From NCBI GenBank assembly GCA_963764125.1, contig CAVXRR010000001.1, forward strand, positions 271,773-335,772: a stretch of DNA of 64,000 bases. Reading direction: 5' to 3'. Under the pieces are notes generated by a model, which saw only the letters and a list, made by a program, of their open reading frames with translations, made no database searches and had not been told where the DNA came from. Within the stretch, counting starts at the first letter, position 1. Each line of letters opens with the position of its first letter. Origin of the DNA: an uncultured Solirubrobacteraceae bacterium (GTDB taxonomy: Bacteria > Actinomycetota > Thermoleophilia > Solirubrobacterales > Solirubrobacteraceae). This document shows positions 39,189 through 49,515 of this stretch, piece by piece. The translations under genes and the position numbers were made by a program.

Positions 39189-39683
39189 ATGAGCCCCGGG
39201 CGGAGCTCCAGAGGTCGCAAAAGCGCGGGTTTGCTCCTCTTCCGACATGTCGCCGGCAACCTGGAGGTGCTCCTCGTCCATCCCGGCGGTCCCTTCTGGG
39301 CAAAGCGCGATCTCGGCGCTTGGTCGATTCCCAAGGGCGAGTGCGAGGACGGCGAGGACCCCCGTGCGGCCGCCTGGCGGGAGTTCGCCGAGGAATTAGG
39401 ATCCCACCCACCCCACGCGCCCGACGGCGAGGTGCTCGAGTTGGGGGAGGTGCGCCAGAAGGCCGGCAAGACCGTGCTGGCGTGGGCCATCGCCGGCGAT
39501 CTCGACGCCGAGCAGATCACCAGCAACACGTTCACGATGGAGTGGCCCGCACGGTCCGGGCAGACCCAGCGGTTTCCCGAGGTCGACCGGGCCGGGTGGT
39601 TCGGCCTGGCCGAGGCGCGCGAGCGGATCAACCCGGCTCAGGTGGCGCTGCTGGACCGGCTATGCGAGGCGCTGCAGGCGTGA
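39189..39683 (+). CDS. NUDIX-family hydrolase
   Basis: HPGGPFW...WSIPKGE...AAWREFAEELG...FPEVDRA. Confidence 0.92.
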   Translation: MSPGRSSRGRKSAGLLLFRHVAGNLEVLLVHPGGPFWAKRDLGAWSIPKGECEDGEDPRAAAWREFAEELGSHPPHAPDGEVLELGEVRQKAGKTVLAWAIAGDLDAEQITSNTFTMEWPARSGQTQRFPEVDRAGWFGLAEARERINPAQVALLDRLCEALQA

Positions 39684-39877
39684 GCATTGGGTGGCGGGGC
39701 GGTAGGAGGTCCTGGGCGATATTGCTTGCTTCCTGAATCAATATCTCCCACGACCCCGGTGAGGGACCGTCCCGGGCCGCTCAGGCCGCCCCGCCCCACT
39801 CGAAAGGCCTGCCGTTGACCCGGTTCGTGCCCCAGGGCCATCGCGACCCGCACAGCCGCGCTAGCGTGGGCGGCGGG

Positions 39878-40711
39878 ATGCGGTCGAGCTCCGGCGACAA
39901 CATCAGCCCGACGGCCCACTACACCGGCGAGGTGTGGCAGCGCGCCGGGCTCTCGCACCCGTGGCTGAGGACCCGCGAGGGCCGGCTCATGGTCGAGGCG
40001 CTGCACCCGCTCATGGCCGTCAGCGGGGCGCTGGGCGGCCCATCGCTGGAGAGCTACCTGCTGGCCCGCCACCGCGCGATCGACGCGCTCCTCACCGACG
40101 CGGTGGAGCGCGACGGCATCACCCAGGTGATCGAGATCGCCGCCGGGATGTCGGCCCGAGGCTGGCGCTTTGCCAACCGCTACGGGGACCGCCTCACCTA
40201 CGTCGAGGCCGACCTGCCGGCGATGGCGCGGCGCAAGCGCCGGGCCCTTGAGCGCATCGGCTCGCTGTCTGACGCGCATCGGGTGACGGAGATCGACGCG
40301 CTGCGCGACGACGGTGCCGCGAGCCTCGCCGAGATCGCGTCAGAGCTCGACCCCGGCGCGGGCGTGGCCGTCGTCACCGAGGGCCTGCTCGGGTACCTGC
40401 CCACGGCCGACGTGTTGGCGCTGTGGCGGCGCATCGCCCTGACGTTGGGGAGGTTCCCGACGGGCCGCTACCTCTCCGACCTGCACCTGGGCAGCGTCCA
40501 GACCCCGGCGGTGCGCTTCTTCCGGCGGCTGCTGGCGGCGTTCGTGCGCGGGGACGTGTACCTGCACTTCGACGGGGCCGAGGAGGCCGAGGCGGCGTTG
40601 CGCGAGGCGGGCTTTGACCGCGCGGCGGTGCGCCGGGCGGGAACGATCATCGAGCTGCCCGAGCGCGAGCAGCGGTCGACGGCGCATATACTTGAGGCAT
40701 CAACCACCTGA
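39878..40711 (+). CDS. class I SAM-dependent methyltransferase (LCM-like)
   Basis: RH..ID...QVIEIAAG...YVEADLP...TEGLLGYL. Confidence 0.85.
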   Translation: MRSSSGDNISPTAHYTGEVWQRAGLSHPWLRTREGRLMVEALHPLMAVSGALGGPSLESYLLARHRAIDALLTDAVERDGITQVIEIAAGMSARGWRFANRYGDRLTYVEADLPAMARRKRRALERIGSLSDAHRVTEIDALRDDGAASLAEIASELDPGAGVAVVTEGLLGYLPTADVLALWRRIALTLGRFPTGRYLSDLHLGSVQTPAVRFFRRLLAAFVRGDVYLHFDGAEEAEAALREAGFDRAAVRRAGTIIELPEREQRSTAHILEASTT

Positions 40712-40727
40712 CTCGGAGCGTCGCCCC

Positions 40728-41600
40728 ATGATCACCGCCACTCTGTACTCCGATCCAGCCTGCCCCTGGGCCTATTCCGAGAGCCCCGCGCTGAGGGTGA
40801 TCGAGTGGCGCTACGCCGACCAGCTCGACTGGAAGCTGGTGCTGGTGGGGCTCACCGAGAGCTCTGAGCAGTACGCCAAGCGCGGCTACACGCCCGTGCG
40901 CGGAGCGCTGGGCCAGCTGCACTTCCGCAGTCGCTACGGGATGCCGTTCTCGCCCGCACCGAAGGCCAGGCTGAGCGCCACCGCCCGCGCCTGCCGAGCG
41001 GTCGTCGCCGCGCGGCTGGCCAACCCCGGGACCGAGTGGGCGGTGTTCCGCGCCATCCAGCTGGCCAACTTCACCGGACCGCTCGTGCTCGAGGACGACG
41101 AGATGCTGCGCGAGGTGCTCGCCGAGGTGCCCGGCGTCGACGCCGACGCGATCATCGCCGCCCTGGACTCGCCCGAGGTCACCGAGGCCTACCAGGCCGA
41201 CAAGGCCGACACCCGCAAGGCCGCGGGCTCGGCGGCCGAGCTCCAGGGCAAGACCGCCACCACCGACGGGCCCGTCCGCTTCACCGCGCCCTCGATCGTC
41301 TTCCAATCAAACGGCACGTCGCTGGTGGCCGGTGGCTTTCAGCCCGTCGAGGCCTACGACATCCTCGTGACCAACCTCGACCCCACGCTCACGCGCCATG
41401 CGCCGCCCGAGACACCGGCGCCGCTGCTCGGCGCGTTCCCCGGAGGGCTGACCACCCAGGAGGTGGCGGCGCTCATGACCCATGGCAACGACGCGCCCGA
41501 CCGCGGCGCGGCGGAGGCGGCGCTCATCGAGCTGGTGGCCGAGGGCAAGGCCACGCGCCGGCCGCTGGGCGACGACGCGCTCTGGCGTGCCGCCGCGTAG
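40728..41600 (+). CDS. DsbA/thioredoxin-fold protein (CPWA)
   Basis: YSDPACPWAY N-terminal motif and cis-Pro loop TAPS. Confidence 0.8.
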   Translation: MITATLYSDPACPWAYSESPALRVIEWRYADQLDWKLVLVGLTESSEQYAKRGYTPVRGALGQLHFRSRYGMPFSPAPKARLSATARACRAVVAARLANPGTEWAVFRAIQLANFTGPLVLEDDEMLREVLAEVPGVDADAIIAALDSPEVTEAYQADKADTRKAAGSAAELQGKTATTDGPVRFTAPSIVFQSNGTSLVAGGFQPVEAYDILVTNLDPTLTRHAPPETPAPLLGAFPGGLTTQEVAALMTHGNDAPDRGAAEAALIELVAEGKATRRPLGDDALWRAAA

Positions 41601-41634
41601 GCATCGCCCGCCGGCGCGACCGCGGACCCGCCGC

Positions 41635-42851
41635 CTACTCGCCCAGCGCAACCGCAGCGGCAGGGACTCCAGCCCGTAGATCCCCGACGGGGTCCCGAAC
41701 TCGGGCTCCCCGGCGAGCTCCAGCCGCTCCGCGCGCCGCGCCAGCGCGGCCAGCCCCTCCTGGATCTCGGCCCGCGCGAGGTTGGCGCCGACGCAGTAGT
41801 GGATCCCGGCGCCGAAGGTGAGCACCCGCGCGCCGCCGCGGTCGGCGGTGATGTCGAACGCGTCGGGCTCCACCCCTTGGCGGTTGGCGTGCCAGGCGGA
41901 GACGAGGATGACCGAGCCCGCGGGGAAGGTGATCCCGCGATGCTCGATCTCCGCGGTGGTGATGCGCGCGGTGAAGGGCGTGATCGGCTCGTAGCGCAGG
42001 GCCTCGTCGACGGCGGGCAGGGCCAGCCCCTCGGGGTCTGAGCGCAGCGCCTCCCACTGCTCGGGGTGCAGCGCGAGCAGGCGCACCGCGTGGGCGAGCT
42101 GGCTCTGGCTGGTGTCGACGCCGCCGACGAGGATGTTGAGCACGAGGTTGCGCAGCTCGTCGTGGTTGAGGTGCTCGCCCTCGGCCTCGGCGGCGATGAG
42201 GTCGGTGATCAGGTCCTCGCCGGGGTCATCGCGGCGGGCGAGGATCAGCTCGTCGGCCCAGACATAGAACTCCTCGACGGCGGCCTCGATCCGGGGGCGG
42301 TCCTGCGTCAGGCTGGTGGCGTCGAACTGGCGCTGGATGACGTTGGACCACTCGTGCAGCTTGGGGGCGTAGCGGCGCGGGGCGCCCATGACGTGGGCGA
42401 TGACCAGCGAGGGATAGGGCTTGGCGATGGCGGCGATGAACTCGCACTCGGTGCCCGGCGCCACCCCGTCGAGGAGCTCGGTCAGGAACGCCTGCATCGC
42501 CGGGCGGTAGCGGGCGACCGCGCGCGGCGCCAGCGCCGGGTTGACGAGGTTGCGCAGTCGCCGGTGGTCGTCGCCGTTGACGTTGATGATGTTCTTGACG
42601 ATCTCCTCGTGCAGGGGTCCCTCGGTGATGCCGAAGATGTCGGCAATCGTCATTCCGGGGAACATCGCGTCGCGCGTGCGCAGGAAGAACTCCGCCGGCT
42701 CGCGCTCGAGGACGAGGAAGCCGAACGGGCACGCCGCCAGCCACCCGTCGTGCCCCTCCAGGGCGCCCATCGCCTGGCGGTAGTGCGCCCCCCGCAGCGT
42801 GGGGTCGGTGTGATCGAACATCTCGAGCTGCAGCTCGGCGGCCAGTGGCAT
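41635..42851 (-). CDS. cytochrome P450; probable indel near 41650 restoring the stop at 41635
   Basis: GGVDTS I-helix, EALR and FGAGIHYCVG heme motif. Confidence 0.92.
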
Positions 42852-42864
42852 CGGCGTCCGTGCC

Positions 42865-44091
42865 TCAGATCCAGGGGTTGGCGGCGAGCTCGCGCGCCAC
42901 CGCCTCGGTGAGGACCAGGGCCTGGCGCACCGTGCGGTAGTCGACGTTCTCGGGCGTGTCTGACATGAGGTGGTAGTTGGACAGGGCCTTGTAGCGGTTC
43001 ATCGAGGCCAGCGTCGCGGTGGGGTAGCCGGCCCGGCTGGGGATGACGGCGTCGGTGGAGTTGCGGGCGCGCATCCCGCGGCGCAGGTGGGCACCCGCCT
43101 GGTCGGCAACCCGCGCGACCAGGTCTCTGAACGCGCGGTCATGGTAATCCTCCATCACCACCGGCCCCTCACCTTCGAGCAGGATCAGGCGCGGGGAGCC
43201 CAGGGTCTCCAGGTTGAGAAACCAGGTGCGCTCGCGGTCCAGCGCCGGGAAATGGCGCCGGGCGAAGCCGTAGATGCCGCCCTGGATGACCTCCTCGGCG
43301 CCACAGGACGCCATCATGATGCGCAGGCCCGGCACCGGCGCGGCGCGCAGCCGCTCGGCCAGCGCCACCAGCACGGCCACCGCGCTGAGGTTGTCGTTGG
43401 CGCCGGGCACGATCGGGCTGCGGGCGACGTCCTCGAACACCGCCGTGGCCAGCGCCGAGCCGGCCAGCCCGGCGGCGATGAGCCCGCGCCGGCCGCGCAG
43501 TGACCCCAGCGCCACCAGGACCGGGGCGGCGAGCAGCGTGGACCACAGCGGCAGCGACGTGTCGCGGCGCTCCAGCAACCCCGGGAAGGTCTCGCCCATC
43601 CACGCCTGGAGGGTGTCGTCGAAGATCTTGCCCGTGGGGGCCGCGTCGTGGTGGGCGAGGAGCACCAGCGTGCGCGGCGCCCCGGCGTCGCCGCAGGTGC
43701 CCACGACGTTCCACGTCGTCCGGCTCGGGCTCGCCGTCCGGCGAAACAGGCGCGGCCCGTTGGAGACGTCGTCGGCGATCGCCGCCGCCACCACCCCCGC
43801 GACGGCCCCGGCCACCGGCCGGGCGCGGCGGCTGGCCAGAGCGGCCGCGCCGGCGAGCCCGCTGGTCAGCGACAGCGAGCTCATGACGCGCGCGTAGCCG
43901 TCGCGAAACTGCTCCTCCTGCACCTCGGCCTCGCAGCCGGCGGCGCGCAGCCGCTGCGCGATCCACTCCGCCGCGCGGCGCTCGTCCTGAGAGCCGGCCC
44001 GGCGCTCCAGCGGCGCCAGCGTGTCGATCACCTCGCGGAGCGTGGCCTCGTCGTCGCGGGGCCGGGCACCCGGATCGTGTCCGGGCTCCAC
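42865..44091 (-). CDS. M28-family metallopeptidase (membrane-associated)
   Basis: AHHDA, GANDNLS, AEE, NLE and YH..SD. Confidence 0.85.
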   Translation of the reverse strand: MEPGHDPGARPRDDEATLREVIDTLAPLERRAGSQDERRAAEWIAQRLRAAGCEAEVQEEQFRDGYARVMSSLSLTSGLAGAAALASRRARPVAGAVAGVVAAAIADDVSNGPRLFRRTASPSRTTWNVVGTCGDAGAPRTLVLLAHHDAAPTGKIFDDTLQAWMGETFPGLLERRDTSLPLWSTLLAAPVLVALGSLRGRRGLIAAGLAGSALATAVFEDVARSPIVPGANDNLSAVAVLVALAERLRAAPVPGLRIMMASCGAEEVIQGGIYGFARRHFPALDRERTWFLNLETLGSPRLILLEGEGPVVMEDYHDRAFRDLVARVADQAGAHLRRGMRARNSTDAVIPSRAGYPTATLASMNRYKALSNYHLMSDTPENVDYRTVRQALVLTEAVARELAANPWI

Positions 44092-44117
44092 TACCGGTCG
44101 GCCCCGCGGCCGACCAC

Positions 44118-45332
44118 CTAGGCGTCCACGTTCTCGAAGACGGCGGCCAGCCCCTGGCCGCCACCGATGCACATCGTCTCCAGGCCGTAGCGCGCGCCCC
44201 GGCGCCGCAGTTCACGGACCAGCGTGGTGAGGATGCGCCCGCCGGTGGCCCCGATCGGGTGCCCCAGCGAGATCCCGGAGCCATTGACGTTCACGCGCTC
44301 CATGCCGTCGGGCAGATTCCAGTTGCGCAGGACGGCCAGCACCTGGGCGGCGAAGGCCTCGTTGAGCTCGATCAGGTTCATCTGGTCCATGGTCAGCCCG
44401 GCGCGCGCGAGCGCCTTGGCCGTCGCCGGGACCGGGCCGATCCCCATCGTCTTGGGCGGCACGCCGGCCACTCCCCAGCTCACCATCCGCGCCATCGGCG
44501 TCAGCCCCAGCTCCGCGGCCTTCTCGGCGTGGGTGACGATGCAGACCGCGGCGCCGTCGTTCTGGCCCGAGGCGTTGCCCGCGGTGACGGTGGCCTCGGG
44601 GTCCTTGCGCCCCATCACCGGACGCAGCGAGCCCAGGCTCTCCAGCGAGGCGTCGGCGCGCGGGTGCTCGTCGCGGTCGATCGAGCGCGTGCCGGTCTTG
44701 CGCTCCCTCACCTCGACGGGGACGATCTCCTCGGCAAAGGTGCCGCTCTCCTGGGCGGCGACGGCGCGCTGGTGGGAGCGCAGCGCCAGCGCGTCCTGCT
44801 CCTCACGCGGGATCGAGTACTCGCGCCGGAGGTTCTCGGCGGTCTCGATCATCCCGCCGGGCACCGGGTAGTTCTCACCGCCGGCGGTGACGCGGCCGCG
44901 CACGAGGCGGTCCTCCAGCATCGCGCCGCCCGAGCGTGCGCCCCAGCGCAGCGTCGTGGAGTACAGCTCGGCCTGGCTCATGCTCTCCGCGCCGCCGGCG
45001 AGCACGACGTCGGCGGCGCCGGTCTGGACCTGCATGCCGGCCTCGATCACGGCCTGGAGCCCCGAGCCGCAGCGGCGATCGATCTGCAGGCCCGGCACCT
45101 CGACCGGAAGGCCGGCGTCCAGCGCGGCGACCCGGCCCAGAGCCGGGGCCTCCCCGTTGGCGTAGCCCTGACCGAGGAGCACGTCGTCGACCTGGTCGTG
45201 GGGGAGCCCGGTCCGTTCGAGGACCGCCTTGATCACCGTGGTGGCCAGGTCGGTCACCGGCACGTCGCGGAACATGCCGCCGAATCGCCCCACGGGCGTG
45301 CGCAGCGGTTCGCAGATGAGGGCCTCGCGCAT
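44118..45332 (-). CDS. acetyl-CoA C-acyltransferase (thiolase)
   Basis: RRCGSG, NEAFAAQ, GHPIGATG and CIGGGQG. Confidence 0.95.
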   Translation of the reverse strand: MREALICEPLRTPVGRFGGMFRDVPVTDLATTVIKAVLERTGLPHDQVDDVLLGQGYANGEAPALGRVAALDAGLPVEVPGLQIDRRCGSGLQAVIEAGMQVQTGAADVVLAGGAESMSQAELYSTTLRWGARSGGAMLEDRLVRGRVTAGGENYPVPGGMIETAENLRREYSIPREEQDALALRSHQRAVAAQESGTFAEEIVPVEVRERKTGTRSIDRDEHPRADASLESLGSLRPVMGRKDPEATVTAGNASGQNDGAAVCIVTHAEKAAELGLTPMARMVSWGVAGVPPKTMGIGPVPATAKALARAGLTMDQMNLIELNEAFAAQVLAVLRNWNLPDGMERVNVNGSGISLGHPIGATGGRILTTLVRELRRRGARYGLETMCIGGGQGLAAVFENVDA

Positions 45333-45418
45333 CACGCCAGCTTATCCGGACGCCAGTGTGGACCTGCCCGTGGGGGTCACGGTGGCGCCGCCCCGTGCTC
45401 ACGCGTTAGCGTGGGGCC

Positions 45419-45808
45419 ATGCCCACCTACACGAAGCTCAACTTCTCAGAGGTCAAGGACCTCGCCCCCGACTACGGGATGTCGGAGATGGGGGAGGCCC
45501 GGTTTGCCCGCGGCGCGCTGGGCGCCGAGCGTATCGGCGTGACCCGCTACCTGATGAACCCCGGGCGCCGGGTCGGCTTCGGCCATCGCCACCCGGATTC
45601 CGAGGAGGCCTATGTGGTGCTGGCCGGCTCCGGTCGCTTCCAGATCAACGACGACGTGGTCGACGTCGTCGCCTACGACATCGTCTACTGCCCGGCCAAC
45701 ACGATGCGCGAATGGGAGGCGGGACCCGACGGCATGGAGGTGCTCGCCTTCGGCCAGCACACCGACGGTGAGAACACCGAGATGGACCGGGAGTTCTGGA
45801 GCGGCTGA
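45419..45808 (+). CDS. cupin-domain protein
   Basis: HRH..SEE.YVVL.GSG motif; start context TAGCGT-N6-ATG. Confidence 0.85.
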   Translation: MPTYTKLNFSEVKDLAPDYGMSEMGEARFARGALGAERIGVTRYLMNPGRRVGFGHRHPDSEEAYVVLAGSGRFQINDDVVDVVAYDIVYCPANTMREWEAGPDGMEVLAFGQHTDGENTEMDREFWSG

Positions 45809-45818
45809 GGCCGCGCGG

Positions 45819-46412
45819 TCAGTCGGTGATGGGGATGTGCCCCGGCTGGGCGGCCACCCGCGCCAGCCATTCCCGCAGCGCCGGGTAGGGGCCCAGCGAG
45901 AAGCCGCCCTCGGGCGCCACATGCGTGTAGGCGTACAGGGAGATGTCGGCGATCGTGTAGCGGCCGCCGACGAGGAACTCGTGCTCGGCCAGGTGGCGCT
46001 CCATCGCCGACAGCGCACGCTCGCCGCCCTTTCGCTTGGCCTCCCGGTCGGCCTCGGGCGGGTGGATGTCGCCCAGCTCCCAGAACCGGGCCACGGCGAG
46101 GTTGGGCTCGTGGTCGTACTGCTCGAAGAACTGCCACTGCATGACCTGGGCGCGCTCGTAGGGGTCGGTGGGCACGAACTCGGTGCCGTCACCGAAGTAC
46201 CAGAGGATCGCGTTTGACTCGCCCAGCGAGCGGCCGTCGTCGAGCACCAGGGTGGGGACGCGCAGCGCCGGGTTCAGCTCGCCGAGCACGTCGGGCCGGT
46301 CGGAGCGATCGAACACGCTGAGCTCCCGGCGCTCGAACGGGATCCCGAGCTTGGTGAGCAGGAGCCGGACCTTGTAGCAGTTGCCGGAGATGGCGGAGTC
46401 ATAGAGGAGCAT
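45819..46412 (-). CDS. glutathione S-transferase family protein
   Basis: SGNCYKVRL, LNP..RVPTL, ESNAILWY and YTIADISLY. Confidence 0.92.
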   Translation of the reverse strand: MLLYDSAISGNCYKVRLLLTKLGIPFERRELSVFDRSDRPDVLGELNPALRVPTLVLDDGRSLGESNAILWYFGDGTEFVPTDPYERAQVMQWQFFEQYDHEPNLAVARFWELGDIHPPEADREAKRKGGERALSAMERHLAEHEFLVGGRYTIADISLYAYTHVAPEGGFSLGPYPALREWLARVAAQPGHIPITD

Positions 46413-46475
46413 GGCGTCGGACCTTAAACGACGGCGCCGGCTGAAACCGGACTCGCGGCAAATGACTAATCTCGA

Positions 46476-48062
46476 ATGATGGCCGAGGCAACGCGCCCGA
46501 CGGAGCCGGGGGAAGGGGCGCCTCCGGATCTGCTGGTACAGGTCGCGGGTCGCGCTCCGCACCCGCTCATGGTGCGGGCGATCGCCTTTGTCGTGGGCGC
46601 CGCCAGCCTCGGCACCGAGATCGCCGCGGCGCGATTGCTCGCCCCGTACTTCGGCGCCTCCACCATCATCTGGGCCAACACGATCGCCACCGTGCTGGTG
46701 GCGCTGTCGGCCGGCTACTGGCTCGGCGGGAAGCTGGCCGACCGGCGCGCGGACATGCGCGGGCTGTGCGCGGTGGTCCTCGTGGCCTCGCTGCTGCTGG
46801 CGCTGGTGCCGTTCGTGGCCGACCCGTTCCTGCGGCTGTCGGTCGACGCGCTGGGGTCGCTGTCGGTGGGCGGGTTCGCCGGGTCGCTGGCCGCGGTGCT
46901 GGTGCTGGTGGCGGTGCCGGTGATGCTGCTGGGGACGGTGGCGCCCTACGTCAGCCGCCTCAGCATCCAGAACGTGAACGAGACCGGGCGCACGATCGGC
47001 AACCTGTACGCGATCTCGACCGTCGGCTCCCTGCTGGGGACCTTCCTGGCCGCCCTGCTGCTCATCCCGACGATCGGCACCCACCGCACGTTCATCGTCT
47101 TCGCGCTGTCGCTGGCCGTCGTCGCGGTGCCCGGCCTGCGCCTGCGGCGGCTGTGGGCCATCCCGCTGCTCGTCGGCGGCTCGCTGGCCATTCCGCCGGC
47201 GGCGATCGGCGCCGGGGTCGCCGGCGGCCGGGTCATCTACGAGACCGAGACCCAGTACCAGTACGCCCGCGTGGTCCAGTTCCGCAGCGGGGTGCGCTGG
47301 CTCCAGCTCAACGAGGGGGTGGCCGTCCACTCGCTCTACCGGCCCGGGACGTTCCTCACCGGCGGCTACTGGGACGACTTCCTGGTCCTCCCGTTCGCCG
47401 CGCAGTCGCCGACCCGGGCGCCGCCCAGCCGGATCGCCATCCTGGGCGACGCGGCGGGCACGGTGGCCCGCGCCTACGGCCACTTCTTCCCCGAGACGCG
47501 CGTGGACGCGGTCGAGCTCGACGGCAGGCTGACCGACATCGGCAAGCGCTACTTCCATCTCTCGGGGCCGCGGCTTCACCTCTACACCGCCGACGCCCGG
47601 CCGTGGCTGCAGGCCAGCCAGGCGCGCTACAGCGCCATCTTCCTGGACGCCTATCGCCAGCCCTACATTCCGTTCTACCTCGTTACCCGCCAGTTCTTCC
47701 AGTCGGCGCGCGCGCACCTGCGGCCGGGCGGCACGTTCAGCATCAACGTCGGGCACCTGCCGGGCTCGAGCGCGCTGGAGCGGGTCGTGACCGCCACCCT
47801 GCGCGCCGTGTTCCCGCACGTCGTGCGCGACCGGGTCAGCTCGGAGAACTCGCTCCTGGTGGCCTCGACCGCGCCGCTGTCGGGGGCGTCGATGATCGCC
47901 GCCAACGGCCACGTGCCGCTGGAGCTGCAGGGATTGCTGGCCTCGATCTCGGGCCGGATCGGCCCGACGCTGAGCGGCGGCACGGTCTACACCGACGACA
48001 AGGCGCCGGTCGAGTGGCTCACCGACCTCTCGATCCTGCGCTACGCCGCCGGGACGCGCTGA
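46476..48062 (+). CDS. fused membrane domain / spermidine synthase-like protein
   Basis: N-terminal TMs (RLLAPYFG, GNLYAIST), then ET.YQY, VELD, DAR, IFLDAY and YTDDKAPVE. Confidence 0.88.
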   Translation: MMAEATRPTEPGEGAPPDLLVQVAGRAPHPLMVRAIAFVVGAASLGTEIAAARLLAPYFGASTIIWANTIATVLVALSAGYWLGGKLADRRADMRGLCAVVLVASLLLALVPFVADPFLRLSVDALGSLSVGGFAGSLAAVLVLVAVPVMLLGTVAPYVSRLSIQNVNETGRTIGNLYAISTVGSLLGTFLAALLLIPTIGTHRTFIVFALSLAVVAVPGLRLRRLWAIPLLVGGSLAIPPAAIGAGVAGGRVIYETETQYQYARVVQFRSGVRWLQLNEGVAVHSLYRPGTFLTGGYWDDFLVLPFAAQSPTRAPPSRIAILGDAAGTVARAYGHFFPETRVDAVELDGRLTDIGKRYFHLSGPRLHLYTADARPWLQASQARYSAIFLDAYRQPYIPFYLVTRQFFQSARAHLRPGGTFSINVGHLPGSSALERVVTATLRAVFPHVVRDRVSSENSLLVASTAPLSGASMIAANGHVPLELQGLLASISGRIGPTLSGGTVYTDDKAPVEWLTDLSILRYAAGTR

Positions 48063-49471
48063 TCTGACGCGCTCGCCTTGGCGGCGTCGCCGGCCTCGGC
48101 CGCATCGCCCGCCTCGGCCGCCCGCGCGGGCAGCGGGGCGCGGTCCTGCCGCACCCGGACCCCGCCCTTGGGGGCGAGCGTGATCGCGCGGAACTGGGTG
48201 TCGGCGAGGTCGGGGTCGACCGGCGCCAGCGCCGTGCGCTCGAGCACCCGCGAGAGCACGACCCGCATCTCGGTCTGGGCGAAGCTCGCCCCCAGGCACC
48301 GGCGCGTGCCGCCGCCGAAGGGCACCCAGGTGTAGGTGTCCGGTCCCCGCCCGCCCCCGCTCTCGTCCTCGAGGAACCGCTCGGGCGAGAACGCGCGCGG
48401 ATTGGGGTACAGGTCGCCGCGGCGGTGGATGGTGCGGATCGACGGGTTGATCTCCACGCCCACCGGCACCTGGTAGCCGCCGATCGGGAACGGCCCCTGA
48501 CGGACGACCCGGCCGACGCCGGGGATGACCGGCCGGATGCGCAGGGCCTCCTTGACCACCGCGTCCAGATAGCGGTCGTCGCCCTCCTGCGCCCGCGCTC
48601 GCACCCGCGCGTCATGCAGGACGAGGTCGAAGGTCCAGGCCAGCCCGGTGGCCGTCGTCTCATGGCCGGCCAGCAGCAGCGTGAGGAGTTCGTCGCGGAC
48701 CTCCTGGTCGGTGAGGGAGCCACCGTCCTCGTCGTGGGCCAGCAACAGCCCGGAGAAGACGTCGTCGCGAGCGGCGAGGTCCGGGTCGGCGCGGCGGCGC
48801 GCGATCTCGGCGTAGATGATCTCGTCGACCGCGCGCTTGCGCGCCTCAAACCGCTGCGCCGAGGCGCGCTCGTTGCGTCCGCGCACCACGGCGTTGAGCA
48901 GCATCACCCCGCGGGCGCGTGACAGCGGCTCCACCATCGCGCGCAACCGTCGCGAGAGCTCGTCCTCGTCGGCACCTGGCGTGTAGCCGAAGACCGCCCG
49001 CAGGATGACCCGCAGCGTCAGCGACTGCATGCTCTCCAGCAGCGTGAACGGCTCGCCGACGGGCCAGCGGTCGATCTCGGTGTCGGCACACGCGCGCATC
49101 GTCTCGACGTGGGCGAGCATCCGCTTGCCGTGAAACGGCGGCAGCAGCAGCCGGCGGTGGCGCAGATGCTCGGAGCCGTCGAGCAGCAGCACCGACCGCT
49201 GGCCGACGATCGGCCCCAGCAGCGCGTTGGCCTCGCCGGCGTGCAGCCCATCGGCCGAGCCCTGGAAGAGCTCCTTGACCGCGCCGGGGTCAAACACCAT
49301 CACGAACCGCTTGTCGAACAGCGTCCCCATGGTCACGACGTCGCCGTAGCGGCGCCGGCACCAGTCCAGGTAGCGCACGCCGCCGACCATGAACCCGGCC
49401 GTTTGCACCCACCGCGGAAACCGGGGGCCGGGAGGGACTGCAGCGGGCGCCGGCGGGGCGAGCGTCGTCAT
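48041..49471 (-). CDS. cytochrome P450
   Basis: AGHETTA, EALR, PERF and FGGGTRRCLG. Start 49471 or 49489. Confidence 0.93.
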   Translation of the reverse strand: MTTLAPPAPAAVPPGPRFPRWVQTAGFMVGGVRYLDWCRRRYGDVVTMGTLFDKRFVMVFDPGAVKELFQGSADGLHAGEANALLGPIVGQRSVLLLDGSEHLRHRRLLLPPFHGKRMLAHVETMRACADTEIDRWPVGEPFTLLESMQSLTLRVILRAVFGYTPGADEDELSRRLRAMVEPLSRARGVMLLNAVVRGRNERASAQRFEARKRAVDEIIYAEIARRRADPDLAARDDVFSGLLLAHDEDGGSLTDQEVRDELLTLLLAGHETTATGLAWTFDLVLHDARVRARAQEGDDRYLDAVVKEALRIRPVIPGVGRVVRQGPFPIGGYQVPVGVEINPSIRTIHRRGDLYPNPRAFSPERFLEDESGGGRGPDTYTWVPFGGGTRRCLGASFAQTEMRVVLSRVLERTALAPVDPDLADTQFRAITLAPKGGVRVRQDRAPLPARAAEAGDAAEAGDAAKASASDQRVPAA

Positions 49472-49515
49472 CGCCACCGATCGTGTCATACGCGCATCGC
49501 CGGCCCGCGACGCGG

